Assembly (NCBI GenBank): GCA_013265495.1
Contig: MU058213.1
Coordinates: forward strand, 1,922,001-1,986,000
From: Vicugna vicugna
Lineage: Eukaryota
DNA length: 64,000 nt
Direction: 5' to 3'
The position numbers and the translations under genes are program-made. Below are positions 51,135-63,815 of the stretch, in pieces (the stretch's first letter is position 1; each line of letters opens with the position of its first letter). Below the pieces are notes generated by a model, which had not been told where the DNA came from, did no database searches, and saw nothing but the letters and a program-made list of their open reading frames with translations.

Positions 51135-53596
51135 AGCCACAAAGAACCCTGCCATCTATACAAAAAGGTATACACACAGAGAAGATGGGAGGGACACAGA
51201 AGATAAATTGATAAGAAAATCAAAAAGAAGAAATAATTGTGCTGGTAATATACAATAGGCACACAGTTTTGAGTCCATGTTTCACACTAATTCTTTTCTA
51301 TTGTAGCTGGAGAATCCAAATTCAGCTTAACTGTAATTGTGACTAAACATGAACCAGGGGATGGAAATAATATCCTAAAACTCTACACTTGTACCATTTG
51401 TCACAAGTCTTAATTTGAAACTCACAGTGAATTACATTTAAAATAATATTTAAACTTCCACTTATAAACCCTTGATAGTCGTTTATAAATCTACAGAAAA
51501 GAAAAGAACAGGTTACCATGAACAAGAACCCAATATTGATTTTTCGGCGGTGCAGTAAGGCATCTCCATTCTATCTGGCTGCTGTCAAAGCCACTCTTTA
51601 ACAGCTGGAGTCAAATTGCACTATTTACAGCAAGAGCTCTTGTCAAGTGGACCATAAGTAGCCTAACAATACACTATTCAAATGGCACTTTGCCACACAA
51701 ATTGCTGACTTGATGAATAACCTATGTCAATGACTAAGGCTAATATAAAAGTTTCATTTTTATGAGAGGTTTTACATTCACACATTAAGTAAGCTTTCTT
51801 TGAAGAACTATTAGGCAATATATTTCAGGCCTTTGGACGCTGAAAATAATTAAAATCTGTTTAAATACATCAAGGGAACTTGACAACATTAATATGGATC
51901 TGGTGTTAACTACATTTGTCACACGAGTCAGAACAGTGCCCTTCTGTTCCTGGCACTCCCCACCGGCACGTGCGGCACAATGTGGGACTGAGACCAGCCG
52001 CGCACCATGAAATAGGAGCATTCTCCTTTTGTGCCTCTGATTTACATGGCCAGCGAATGTTTAGATACAAGCTAGGCTTTGAAGTCCTGTGAGGAAATTC
52101 AGGGTTGCTCCTGTGTGCGAGGTGGACAGCTGGAGTCATTTAATGGTGCCGTTCCTACTTTTCATAGTGACTCTCAGACCTCCTGAATTAGTTTTGGAAC
52201 AAAGCTGTGATGCTTTTCATAGTTTTCCTCAACACTGAGGTAACGTTGTATCAAAAATGTTTAAACTCATGCTGCATAGTGAGAAAAGGGATATCCTTCA
52301 TAAAGCAGCTATAAAAAGTCAAGTATTAAAGAAATTTTTATTTAACATAGAATAGTTAGAATTATAATATAAAACACTTATGAAAAGTGGTTATACTCTG
52401 TCAAAAATTTGCATCACCACATGTGTTAAAAAAGCAAATTTCCTTCTACATTTTACCACTATTGTATATTTCTCCATTCTATCTTACCAGGAAGGGTATT
52501 ATCATTAAGGCATTAAGTTTTAATTTGGGATTCACTACATCAAAATACTGAAAACAAAAATATTAATCCAAAGTTTACAAAGAGAAATTCCTGTATTTTC
52601 ATGAAAGGCTTGGATGTCCAGTAATAAAACCTATTTTATTTTAAAATTGTACAAAATTGATGCAAAATACTTTCTACATTTGAAAAAAATAGACATATGC
52701 TGTTTATTACATTAAAAAAAATACACCAAAAATTAACTACTAATCAAAAAAGTGAAAATTATCATTCTATATTAAGGATTTATCCCTATATAACACAATT
52801 GTTTTCAAATAAATATTACTTGTTAGTTTTTGTAATAATTCAGTTTTGATAATAAAATACATATAGTTCAATAAAAACTGAGTTAATCTACAAATATACA
52901 ATATTGCCACAAAGAATTCTTATTTCATATTTATATATGTAAATATGTAGGTGAAATTTTCAAATCTCACAATTAAACCATTCTAATTCCATTTTGGCTA
53001 TGTTTTTGTGTCATAAAATATGAAAGAATTAATGCTCCACTTTAATAAAGTAATAAGTAGTAGTTGGGTCCAGTTTTTTATTGGTGGCCTACCAGTGCAC
53101 CATCTGTGTTTTACAAGAGGTAGCAAGATAAAGCTCTAACAAAATTTTTCAGCAAATTGCACCAAACAGGCATTACCTTAAGGTCAACTAAAGGTTAAAA
53201 AAATACAAACATATTTCTAGAAAGCTCAACTGGAATGTAAATAAATGTTAATGCATTATTTATAATCAATTTTATATGTAAACATATAGATAAAGATGCA
53301 TGTATAAGTGCATTATTTAAAGAAAATTTCACTAAAAAATCTTGATTGGATTATGAGGTATAATGTACACATTTGTTTTCTACAAAGGGCATATTTCCAA
53401 ACATACAAATTTCATGAATTCTATCAGGGAACAGACTTGATGCAAGGTCTTTTGGATTAAATTCCTCATAGTGCAGAAAAGGTGAAATAAAATGCTCTAT
53501 TAAAAATTTAGATATCTAGGGAGAGGGTAGGGTTGGCTATTTTGCCAGTTCCTTCTAGTACATCATGACCGCCAAGTCCAGAGAGGTCTGTCTAGA

Positions 53597-53823
53597 CCAG
53601 AAATTGGCACATAATGGCCAGTGAGTGTCAAATCTGGTCCACTGCCTGTTTTTGTAAATAAAGTTTTATCAGAACACAACTGCACTAATTAGAGAATTGT
53701 CTATGATGGCTTCTGTGCTCCAACAGCAGAGTTGAATAGTTACAACCGCAAAAATATGGCCTGCAAAGCCTGAAATATTTGCCATCTGGTCCTTTACCAA
53801 AAAAAAAAATCTGCTATCCCTGA
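53597..53823 (+). mobile_element. hAT-Charlie MER58A-like
   Basis: caaatctggtccactgcctgtttttgtaaataaagttttat...gcagagttgaatagtt...tggcctgcaaagcctgaaatattt; tctag flanks typical of Charlie targets. Confidence 0.85.
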
Positions 53824-53829
53824 TCTAGT

Positions 53830-54052
53830 TCAACATTTGTCAATATAAATATAATGTAAACCACATGCATAATTTAACACTGCCTAGTAATCATATTTTA
53901 AAAAAACATAAAAAAAACCAAGTGAAATTGATTTTAATAACATATTTCATAACCCTATATATCCAAAATATTTTAATTTGTGGTGCTAGCCAAATTTCAA
54001 ATGCTCAGTAGCTATGCATGGTTAATGGCTGCCATATTAAACCAGCCAATTC
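53830..54052. mobile_element. hAT-Charlie MER3/MER33-like
   Basis: caatataaatataatgtaaaccaca...gtgaaattgattttaataa...ctagccaaatttcaaatgctcagtagctatgcatgg. Confidence 0.75.
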
Positions 54053-54299
54053 TAAATAAGCAACCAGGGGGACCCATTCCACAGAAAATCAGTTTTCTAA
54101 AAACAGGCATTCCCAGGACATTACAATGGGTCTAAACTGTGTCAGTGAAAATAACCCCTTTTATTCTTTTACTCATTTTACAGGCAAGAAATGCAGAAAA
54201 AGAATTTAACCAACAACCAACTAATAGAGAAAAAAGGCCTTCCCTTGATAACATACGATGAGGTAACAAAGATTTCTGCTACATAGAGATGATTGTAGT

Positions 54300-54680
54300 A
54301 AGGTTGTTTATTTCCTACTTGGGAGCTAAATTCCTTCCACTTCAATTTAAGCAGTTTCTATCTTGTTTTATCCTCAGCAGAATCTGAGAAAAGCAGTTCC
54401 CCATCACTAATATGATATTGTATTCCTTTAAATCCTTTAAGACTCTGGCCCTGTCCTACCCCAAAGATTTTTCTTTGTCTAGCTGCACAGATTCAACTCC
54501 TCTAGCACTGCAAATTGGATCCATTTTCAAAATGTTTTATTGTATTTGTTGTTCCCTTTAAAACTTTTTCCTAAATCTATATGCACTCTTCATATCCAAG
54601 ATGAAAAAGTAAATACTGCATCCTAATAAATTCCAAATATTGCCAAATACAATAAGCTCACCTCACAGATATTACATGCT
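54300..54680 (-). mobile_element. CR1/L3 LINE fragment
   Basis: ctaaattccttccacttcaatttaagcagtttctatcttgttttatcctcag...gagaaaagcag resembles the recalled antisense CR1/L3 3' region. Confidence 0.55.
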
Positions 54681-57435
54681 ATTCTTCTGTTTAAACAGTT
54701 CACTCTCCTATTTGAAAATATTTCATTTGTGGCTCACTAAAACTCACACAAAGAAATTATGAAACACCAAGTACCCTTACCTAGTGCTAAATTTCACAGG
54801 CTTGTTGTCTCTCATTTTTCCCGGCTCTGAAATAAGTGTGATTCAAATCATCTTCTTTAAATCTGATTTTTTCCTTATGAAAAGTAATGAATATTAGCAA
54901 AAAAGAGAATGGAGAACTTATAAGCACTCTTGAAATTTTATGCCTATCAAATTTGTAAATAAAAGAAGATTAAGATAAAACCATCTTAACAGTTTAAGTC
55001 TAAGAGGATAAAATGAAGATAAGCAGTACATACTTGGAGGAGATGTAACTTAAGAGAAGTACAAAAAACAAATAGCTCTAGTGAACAGTAAGCTCAATAA
55101 TAAGAGAAGTATAGTATATAGAATAAAGGAGGTGACAGTCCCATCTAACTCAATTCTCCAACTCTATAGACGGTAAAAGTTGGAATTTATAGTCATTTAA
55201 GGTAAAGGGCAGCAGCTAAGAAATAAAGTTGGAATCAGCCTAAGAGTAGGAAAACAAGACCCTGGCATTTTATTGCTTCCTGAAGTCAAGAAAGAAACAA
55301 AATTATATACAGAAAATGAAATCTTTATATACTATTATCACTACCTAAAGGGTAGCTTTAAGGTCCTTCAAGAAACTAAAAGAAACAGCAATCCGTTTAC
55401 CTTCTGGGAGTTAAACTAGTAAAATAGGCACTTGATGAATGACATTTGCTCCTGCAGATCTTGGCATCTGATATACACGAGTCAAGAGACATATGCAAGT
55501 TCTCTACTATTCTAGCATATAATTTCCACTATAAGATACACATTCTATTATGAACAGAAAGCAACAAGGCCACATTAATATGGGAATGCTTGGCCGTCAC
55601 CTGGGCTCACTGACTGGGCTTTATTTACTCCAACCTTAAAATACGTCACAGACGTGTGGTTCAATTTCCTACCTTAGGAGACTAAGACCTTACCACTTTC
55701 AGCTTCAGTTGTGATTGATAAAAGTTTCATCATATTGATATAATTGTCTTTATAAATCATGACATTTCAAATTAAGAACAAGAAAATCTAAAAACAATTT
55801 GTCTAAATGAGAAAAGAAAAAGAAAATAAACCTGTGGCCTAATCACAGGTTTTAATATCTGCAGGAAAAAGCATAAACAAAGGTAGGTGGCCTAAACGGA
55901 GTCTTAAAAAGAGAAATCCAAAATTTAGAAAATTTTCAATGTATATCAGCTTTGCCCAAAAGAGACAGTACCCTGATGGGCTGAAAGAGATGACTGCATT
56001 AGACTCTCAAAGCTGGATGAATGAAAACCCCTGACTCTGATTCCTTGTCCTTCAAGGAACCCTCTGTATAACTCCATCTTCCCCTTCTCCCCACTCCCTT
56101 TAGCAAAGCTTCAGGGAGAACGTGCTGAGCAATGAAGTGCAATCATGTGTTTAAATATTCATTTCTTTGGTATTTGGTTAGTGAGAATGATTTCGCAAAA
56201 TGTGGACAAATTCTGGTCTCACTGATACAACTTAAATGAAGTCTCTAAACCTAAAAAGCTGAAGCTCATACGCTGGTGCTCCCACTCCCATTCCTGCAGT
56301 TCTGAGGCACAGCTTGAGCAGCCAATCGCCTTTCTTGAAGATGACTCACCCTTTCGCCTCTAACTCTATAGATACACATGAGATAATAAAGTCTTATTTA
56401 AAGTCCTTACTAATGGTATTTTAAGTCTTCAGAATATCATTAAAATAATGGAAAACATTAACAATATATAAATTCAAAAATTAGCTAAAATTTGACTTAG
56501 AAATATCACATCTGGAAATATGTCCTGTTAAATAATACTAAATTTTTAAAAGCTTTATTTTCATAGATGTGTTATACCTAAAGTGAAGCATTAAAAAAAA
56601 TCTATATATTAAGCCATAGGAAAATAATTCATTTCGGTATAGTATGTACACAGTATAGAGCATGATGCAGCCACTGAAAAGAAATAGATAATATTATGAA
56701 AATATGTTTACATGAAAAAAATACTACATTATATATATGCATATAAACACCATTTTACAACAACATGATGAGGGGGTAACTTGGAGGTGTAGATGACAAA
56801 AAAAAATAGAAGATTTTCTTTAAAGAAATCAGATTAAATTGCTGTGTTATCTTTAGAACTGAAAAATAATTAAACTCATCCAAATTTCTGGGAAGTTGGG
56901 TGACTTAGTTTGTGAAAATAAGTGCAAACTGAATCATTGTGTATTAACTGAGGCTTGGAAACCTAAAGAGTTAATGATCCTAAGGATGCTGAGTATATCA
57001 AAATAATTGTCCAAACAATTATCCAGTTTTTCTGATGCTTTTCTGGTTTGTTTGTAATAAGTATTTTAAAAAGAGTTCAAATACTCTCAAGTGAAAAAAA
57101 ACAAAAAAAATCCAGATCACAGAATATAGGGTTTTGTTCCCTTCTTCATTGAAAACCACCTAGAATTCAAGAATTGATATAAAATTGGCTCAATTTTGAT
57201 AAGCCAGAAACTCTCGTCAGAAAAGAATGCATACTCATTCAGAAATAATAATCACTCAAAAGTTATCTTGATTCACCCAAGATCGCTTGGTAGATAGATC
57301 TGGTAGATGCATGCGATCATCTCTGAATTCTTATCTTTCTGCTGATATTTAATGGCCACATATTTATGAAGGCGCATTTCTTCTTACTCGGGGTTGATAC
57401 TGTTCTTTGTGAGCAGCAGCTTGATTTCAACTTAC

Positions 57436-57638
57436 CTTACATGAAGACTCCACCTGCAGACCAGGACAAGGTATTGGCCCAAGCTGGTAGGAGCTGGAGC
57501 ACCTCTGTTCTACACTTTTGTGCCTACGTGTCTCTGAGGCAACTGGTAGTACAGATTCAGGCTTTAGAAGCTGTGAATCATCACAACAGTTAAGAATAGT
57601 CCTTGCTCTTTCTCCCGTTTCATGTCTTTCCAAAGTGC
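57436..57638 (-). CDS. WDR72: WDR72 coding exon (~exon 14), 203 nt: (G)[29 protein letters not shown]...LQVESSCK
   Basis: Acceptor ttctaatcttggtttccag|GC and donor AAG|gtaagt; overlaps ORF 57427..57633(-). Confidence 0.95.
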
Positions 57639-59189
57639 CTGGAAACCAAGATTAGAAATAAAAATTTGTGCAAAGTATTTACTCCAAAAGAATGAAAAGA
57701 ATCACTTTTAACAGAAAATCACAATTCTTTAAGTTATCATGCCTTACTATCTCCTTGCAACCAAAGCACAGCCTGGAGCTTTCTCTAAATTATTCAAATC
57801 ATTGTCTTTACAAAGGCTGACATTATAGGTTGAAAAGCCCGTCTTCCTCTGTGTTTTTTCATCCGCTGAAATCAACAGGGCATTCAATGGTCGTTAACAG
57901 TTAAACTCTCTGACTTATTATACCGTATGCAAGTGATCAATAACAAACAACTATGGAATATTTTAGTGCTGTCCCCTAGTGTTCCAATTCACAAACAACA
58001 GAGGATCCACAGTGTTTTGCTTGGGTTCCCAAGCTTAAAATGTTTCTATTGGTAACAGAACATTTAAGTGAATAGTGCAAGAACACGGATGCTTCGTATC
58101 ACTACCTCCCTCGCCCAAGTGCCCTCAGCTTCAGGAATACAGGCCACTCTAGGGGGTGGTGGTAGTATTGTCGGTATTGTTGCTGTTATATATTTTGGCT
58201 TTTATTTCCTATGTTATTAGAAGAAAAAAAATACTTTCCCTCTTCTCTGCCATTCTTGCAGTTTCAGAATTTCATGGTGCTGGCAAGTTCAATTTAAAGT
58301 TAAAAGCAACAAGTATAAAACAGAGCAAAAGTATCAGAAAACAATTCACAAAAAATGTTTTTATAAAATACAACATCATAACACTCAGTGAAATCTCAAT
58401 AAATATGACTTAATCATGACCACTGCCTCATATCAGTTATGAGTTCATTTGCATTATTCATACCATGTTAAATAAATACCCTATATCCTAAGAAGTAAAG
58501 AAACTAAGGAAAATTAACTTGCCATAGAATCTAAACACAGATTTCATTTCATATTATTCCTTTCCCACCAGTGAAAAAACTAGTTGTACTATTTGCTAGA
58601 AAGGAAAAAGATCATTCTTATTAATAGTATTAAGAAAATATCAGTTTAAAGTAACTGCAATAAGAAAATAGATATAATGCTTATATAGCCCTACATCTTT
58701 AGATTATGTGGACAGATTTGAAGATTAAGACTGTTCAATTCTTTCCCATTTCTCCTCCTCTCTTCCGTATCTTTCCTTTACAGCAAAGGACTACCATTAG
58801 TTGGTGCTTTGGATTCTGAATCACTAACAGCTAAAATATTGAGCAGCAATTTAGTTTCTGGTCTCTTAACAATGATATCTTTTCATTATACCATTTCTAC
58901 ATTCATAAATTAACATCTTTAACATGTAAATTTTATAAAGTTATAAGCTTAGTTATTTCTCTAAGCTTTCCTTTTCCATCAAGATTGCTGTATCTTCACC
59001 AAATGAAGCAGGCAGCAACATCAAGAACATCCTTTCTCTTAAGGATGATAATAGGAAGAGACCAAAGACAATGGTTATTATTACAGTTATTACTAAGTCC
59101 TGAAAATGACTGCATTCCAGAACTTGTTACCTGCGACATCTCAAATTCACTGTCTTTATGAGGAGTCTCTTTTTGAATATGTTTAAATT

Positions 59190-59340
59190 AAGGTACAAGG
59201 ATATATTGTACAATACAGGGAATATAGCCAATATTTTATAATAATTATAAATGGAGTATAACCTTTAAAAATGATGAATCACTACACTGTACACCTGTAA
59301 CTTATATAATATTGTACAGCAACTATACTTCAATAAAAAT
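59190..59340 (+). mobile_element. L1 3'-end fragment
   Basis: acaaggatatattgtacaatacagggaatatagccaatatttt...gcaactatacttcaataaaaa; same family as the 3' end at 60098. Confidence 0.85.
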
Positions 59341-59604
59341 ATGAGTTTTGAATATGATGTCACCACAGATAATCTCTTCTCAAAGGTTTTCTGTGGCTCC
59401 TCAAACTATGATTTGTCTAAAGATTTTGAGAATTCCTGGGAAAGAATTGATTACACTTTAATACATATGATATGTGCCTTACACCAAACATTTTAAATAT
59501 TCATATGTATTATTCTATACCCAATGTCATACACAAATAACTATTTCTGGTATTTCTTGTATTTTTCAGTGATGAAAACATTTCACCTACAAACTTGGCA
59601 GGCT

Positions 59605-59760
59605 GTCATTCATTTTCATTCATGCTCAGATAACAAATCAGTTTAGTATCTACTATGTGCCACTCACTGTGCCAGATGCTGGCAACATATGGTAAACAAG
59701 AATGACTCAAGCCTGCTCCCCTGGAGCTGCTTAAAATCTAATGGTAGTGCAGAGGCAAGA
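59605..59760 (-). mobile_element. L2 3'-end fragment
   Basis: tcattcattttcattc...tatctactatgtgcc...ctgtgccagatgctgg. Confidence 0.65.
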
Positions 59761-60097
59761 AACATCTGAAAACTAATTTGTTATAATATTTAAAATAACA
59801 CATAAGTTATTTCTACTCCAAACTAAAAAGGCCCATTCTAACAAATCCTGAACACTGGTTTTGTGAACAGTAGTTCTCATCTTGACTAATTATTAAATAC
59901 TTTAAAAATAATTAGATTATTTTGTTTCAAAGAACTAGTTGAAGCACAAATGTTATATAAGGAGGGGTCACAGTGAGTCAGTCTCTTTCAAATTTACCAT
60001 AGGCAAATAAATTGCAGGGGTCTTTTTGTCCAAATGGCTGCTAAAATTTTATTTGCTTAATTACAGTGATATTCTTCAAAGCATATCTACTCTCTCT

Positions 60098-61859
60098 TTT
60101 GTTTTTTTAGTTGAGGTATAGTTGCTGTACAATATTATGTAAGTTACAGGTATACAACATAGTGCTTCACAATTTTTACAGGTTATATTCCATTTATAGT
60201 TATTATAAAATATTGGCTATACTCCTTTATTGTATAATACATCCTTGTTGCTTATTTTATACATAATAGCGTGTACCTCTTGATTCCCTCCCTACCCCTA
60301 TTTCGCCCCTCTACCTGTCTCTCTCCCCACTGGTTACCACTCATTTGTTCTCTATATCTGTGAGTCTGCTTCTTTTTTTTGCTACATTCACTAGTTTGTT
60401 GAATTTTTTTAGATTCCACATATAAGTGATATCACACAGTATTTGTCTTTCTCTGTCTGACTTATTTCACTGAGTATAATACCCTCTAAGTCCGTCCATT
60501 TTGCGGCAAATGGCAAAATTCTTTTTATGGCTGAATAGTGTTCAATTTTGTGTATGTGTGTGTGTGTGTATCTATACATACACATACATACATACATCTT
60601 CTTTATCTATTCATCTGTTGATGGACACTTAGGTTGCTTCCATATCTTGTAATTAATGTAAATATTGTAAATAATGCTGCTATAAACACTGAGGTAAGTG
60701 TATCTTTTCGAATTTGTGGTTTTGGGTTTTTTTTGGATATATACCCAGGAGTAGAATTGCTGGGTCACATAGTAGTTAATTTTTTAGCTTTTTGAAAAGC
60801 CTCCATACTGTTTTCCACAGTGGCTGCATCAACTTACTTTCCCACCAATAGTGTACAAGGGTTCCCTTTTCTCTACATCTTCACCAACATTTGTTATTTG
60901 TGTTCTTTTTGATGATAGTCATTCTTACAGGTGTGAGGTGACATCTCATTGTGGTTTTGATGTGCATTTTCCTGATGATTAACTGTGTTGAGCATCTTTG
61001 CATGTGTCTGTTGGCTATCTGCATGTCCTCTCTGGAAAAATGTCTATTTAGTTCTTCTTCCCATTTTTTAATTGGATTTTTTTTCTTTAATATTGAGTTG
61101 TATGAGCTGTTAAGTTGGATATTAGCTCCTTATTGGTCATATCATTTGCAAATATTTTCTCCCACTCAGTAGGTTATTTTTTCATTTTGTCCATGGTTCT
61201 CTTTGCTGTGTAAAAGCTTTTAAGTTTAATTAGGTTCCATTCATTTATTTTTGCTATTATTTCCTCTGCTTTAGGAAACATGTCCAAAAAAATTTTTATG
61301 ATTTGTGTCAGAGACCTTATCATAGCAATCAGAGGTGGAAAAATAAATAAATAAAAGGAATCCAAATTGAAAAGGAAGACGTAAAACTGTCACTGTTTGC
61401 AGATGACATGATAGGATACACAGAGAATCTTAAAGATGCAACCAGAAAACTACTAGAGCTAATCAATGAGTTTGGTAAAGTTGCAGGATACAAAATTAAT
61501 ACACAGAAATCTGTTGCATTTCTAGAGCCTAACATCAAATTATCAGAAAGAGAAATTAAGGGAACAATCCCATTTAAGAAGAATAAAATACCTAGGAATA
61601 AACCTGCCTAAAGAAGCAAAAGACCTGCATTCAGGAAACTATAAAATACTAAAGAAAGAAACCCACACGTATGGTCAGTTAATCCATGACAAAGGAGACA
61701 AGAATATACAATGGAGAAAAGACAGTCTCTTCAATAAGCAGTGCTGGGAAAACTGGACAGCTACATGTAAGAGAATGAAATTAGAACATCTCTACCACCA
61801 CATACAAAAATAATCTGAAAACAGATTAAAGTACTAAATGTAAGACCAGAAACCGTAAA
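60098..61859 (-). mobile_element. 5'-inverted L1: antisense 3' UTR/ORF2 end (60098-61314) joined to a sense ORF2 RT fragment (61315-61859)
   Basis: ORF track gives L1 ORF2-like peptides on opposite strands (WNLIKLKSFYTAK on minus; [25 protein letters not shown] on plus). RT motif FADD (TTTGCAGATGAC) at 61396-61407. Frameshifted and non-functional. Confidence 0.92.
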
Positions 61860-61953
61860 TTGCATTTTGAAAATAGTAAGTTGATTTTCTAACAAGTTCA
61901 GGATAACAGCTTTTGTCAAACACCCTCACAGTGGATAGACAGGGACCCCCATG

Positions 61954-62634
61954 TGTGCCAGTTATCAATGTATTGTCTCTTAGTTACAAATTCACCCTTT
62001 ACTGCCTGCTCTGAAAATGGCTTGTGAGCCCTTTAAATATTTTTCCTTTAACAGCTGGTGCAATGTTAATCTTTGTGGATAAAAGGTACTGGAAGGATCT
62101 AGTAGCAGAAAGGGATTTTGGTCTTGGATCTGGTGTCCTCTATTGCAGCAGTGTGGGTGGCTTCTTCCCCAGCACCAGGCAGGCACTCTGCAGCGCACGT
62201 CAGCCAGCAGCACCCAGTGGACAGCAGCTCCCCTTGACACACTCTTTGGATGATTTTGTAACAGAGTTCCCCCAGTATCTCCCTGTCAACAGCTTTCCCT
62301 AGCACCTTGGGGGAATATTTCTGGCAATTTCCTCCAGGCCAAACCACAGCAGCTCCTCTACCCTCCAGTGACCACAGCCATAACCTCTCCGGCAAGGTCA
62401 GGGTCTTAGCCCTGGGGGTGGGGAGGGCTGTTCCTTGGGCAGCCCATCTCAGCCCCAGGGTAAAGGTCACTCCTTAAATCTACTATTTCTATATTCTTTA
62501 GAATTTTCTTTAGTTCTTACTAACCTATCCCTCATACTCAAATTCTTTATGATGGTTACTAATTTTTTTATGTTAAAATATATCTGTTCAAATTACTGTG
62601 ACATTTTTCTCTTCTGATTAGATCCTGAATATAC
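61954..62634. mobile_element. ERVL solo LTR, LTR41/LTR50-like
   Basis: tgtgccagttatcaatgtattgtctcttag...aaattcaccctttactgcctgctctg...ctgttcaaattactgtg...ctgattagatcctga. Accounts for the GC-rich spurious ORFs at 61992-62617. Confidence 0.7.
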
Positions 62635-63574
62635 CAGGATAAATCACTTCTGATGACAAATGTTCCTTTAAATATATCCCTGAAATTACGGAATTTACAC
62701 AACTTCAGAAATATACCTAAATTGTTAGGGAGCGTTGGTAGCAAGAACAGTAGTCACAATGTAACTAGTAACCTAGGAGGGAGGGCGGGACCGCAACCAG
62801 ATCCAATGTGGGGTGCCTTTTCAACTCTAATAAGCTGTTTTTGGCAAGAGACAGAACAGTCAATGGTGCCTGATATTAAAGAAATACCAGAATCTGAAGG
62901 CTTACAAAACTTCCAATTTCAGGGGATCTTTTGCTTTGCAAAGTGAATGAAACAATAATTAGATTTTTTTTTCTTTCTCCCTGTACCTCATCAAGAATAT
63001 GATTTAACTCACACCTGCCCTTCATTTGGATCAATCAGAACATGATAAGTAAAGATGTAGAGACACTATTTTGTAAAAAATACCACAAAATCTACCCCAA
63101 GTAAAAATCTCCATCGTATAAAATGCCTTCCATAAATATCTTCCATTTTTTTCTATTGCTTAGTTTTTAAAATATGAGTTTTTATACAATTTTACTTAAT
63201 CCTAAACTATACAATAGTACATTGGAGAATGGACACAGTGGTAAGAGAGCTTAAAGCAATTAACATCCTGACAAAAAGTGACGGAGAGATGGCACTGGCA
63301 AGCATCCGAAGCAGTTCTCACTGATCCAAAACTGCCTACTCCTCAAAAAGCCAGTGCACAGAAATGAGAAGCAGCCAAAATCTTCTTTGCAGAGCCCAGG
63401 TCCACACTGACAATATTTCCACTTGTATATCCTGCTTTCATCACTAGTTCAAACACCCCACGGAACACCTAATCACATTTTTTCAACTCCAGAACTCTCT
63501 CTGTGGCCCCCTATGTAACTGTGTGCCTAGCTGTTGTCCTTTCCACCTGCCAAGGCTGACAGCCTGGAGACATC

Positions 63575-63815
63575 ACTGCGTGGTGGGTAAGAGCAGACTC
63601 AGCACCAGTCTGCCCTGCACTTGAATCCTGGTTTTATCCTTACTTGTTTTGTGGTCTTGAGCAAGTCATTTTACATTTCTGTGCCTCAGTTTCCTCACCT
63701 GTGCAATAGGAATATTAATATCTTCTACCTCACAGGGTTACTATGAGGATTAGATTGAGTAAATATGTAAAAAGGAAAAGGCTTACAAGGTTCTGGCACA
63801 GAGTGAGTGCTGTGC
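63575..63815 (+). mobile_element. MIR SINE
   Basis: ttgaatcctgg...gtggtcttgagcaagtcattttacatttctgtgcctcagtttcctcacctgt...ctacctcacagggtt. Confidence 0.88.

Noticed and set aside
59171..59356. ttttgaatatg on both sides of the L1 fragment as a TSD
   Set aside because: Not flush with the element ends and not the A-rich start expected for a plus-strand insertion; uncertain.
61329..61611. Functional reverse transcriptase gene
   Set aside because: Fragmentary, frameshifted, internally deleted L1 ORF2 remnant.
62070..62095. CTCF motif expected in LTR41-like elements
   Set aside because: The site is degenerate here (tgtggataaaaggtactgg) and no longer matches the core.
62414..62440. G-quadruplex-like G-runs (also ~12578-12594 and ~46499-46515)
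   Set aside because: Too few separate G-runs or an over-long loop; the first lies within an LTR; no supporting context.
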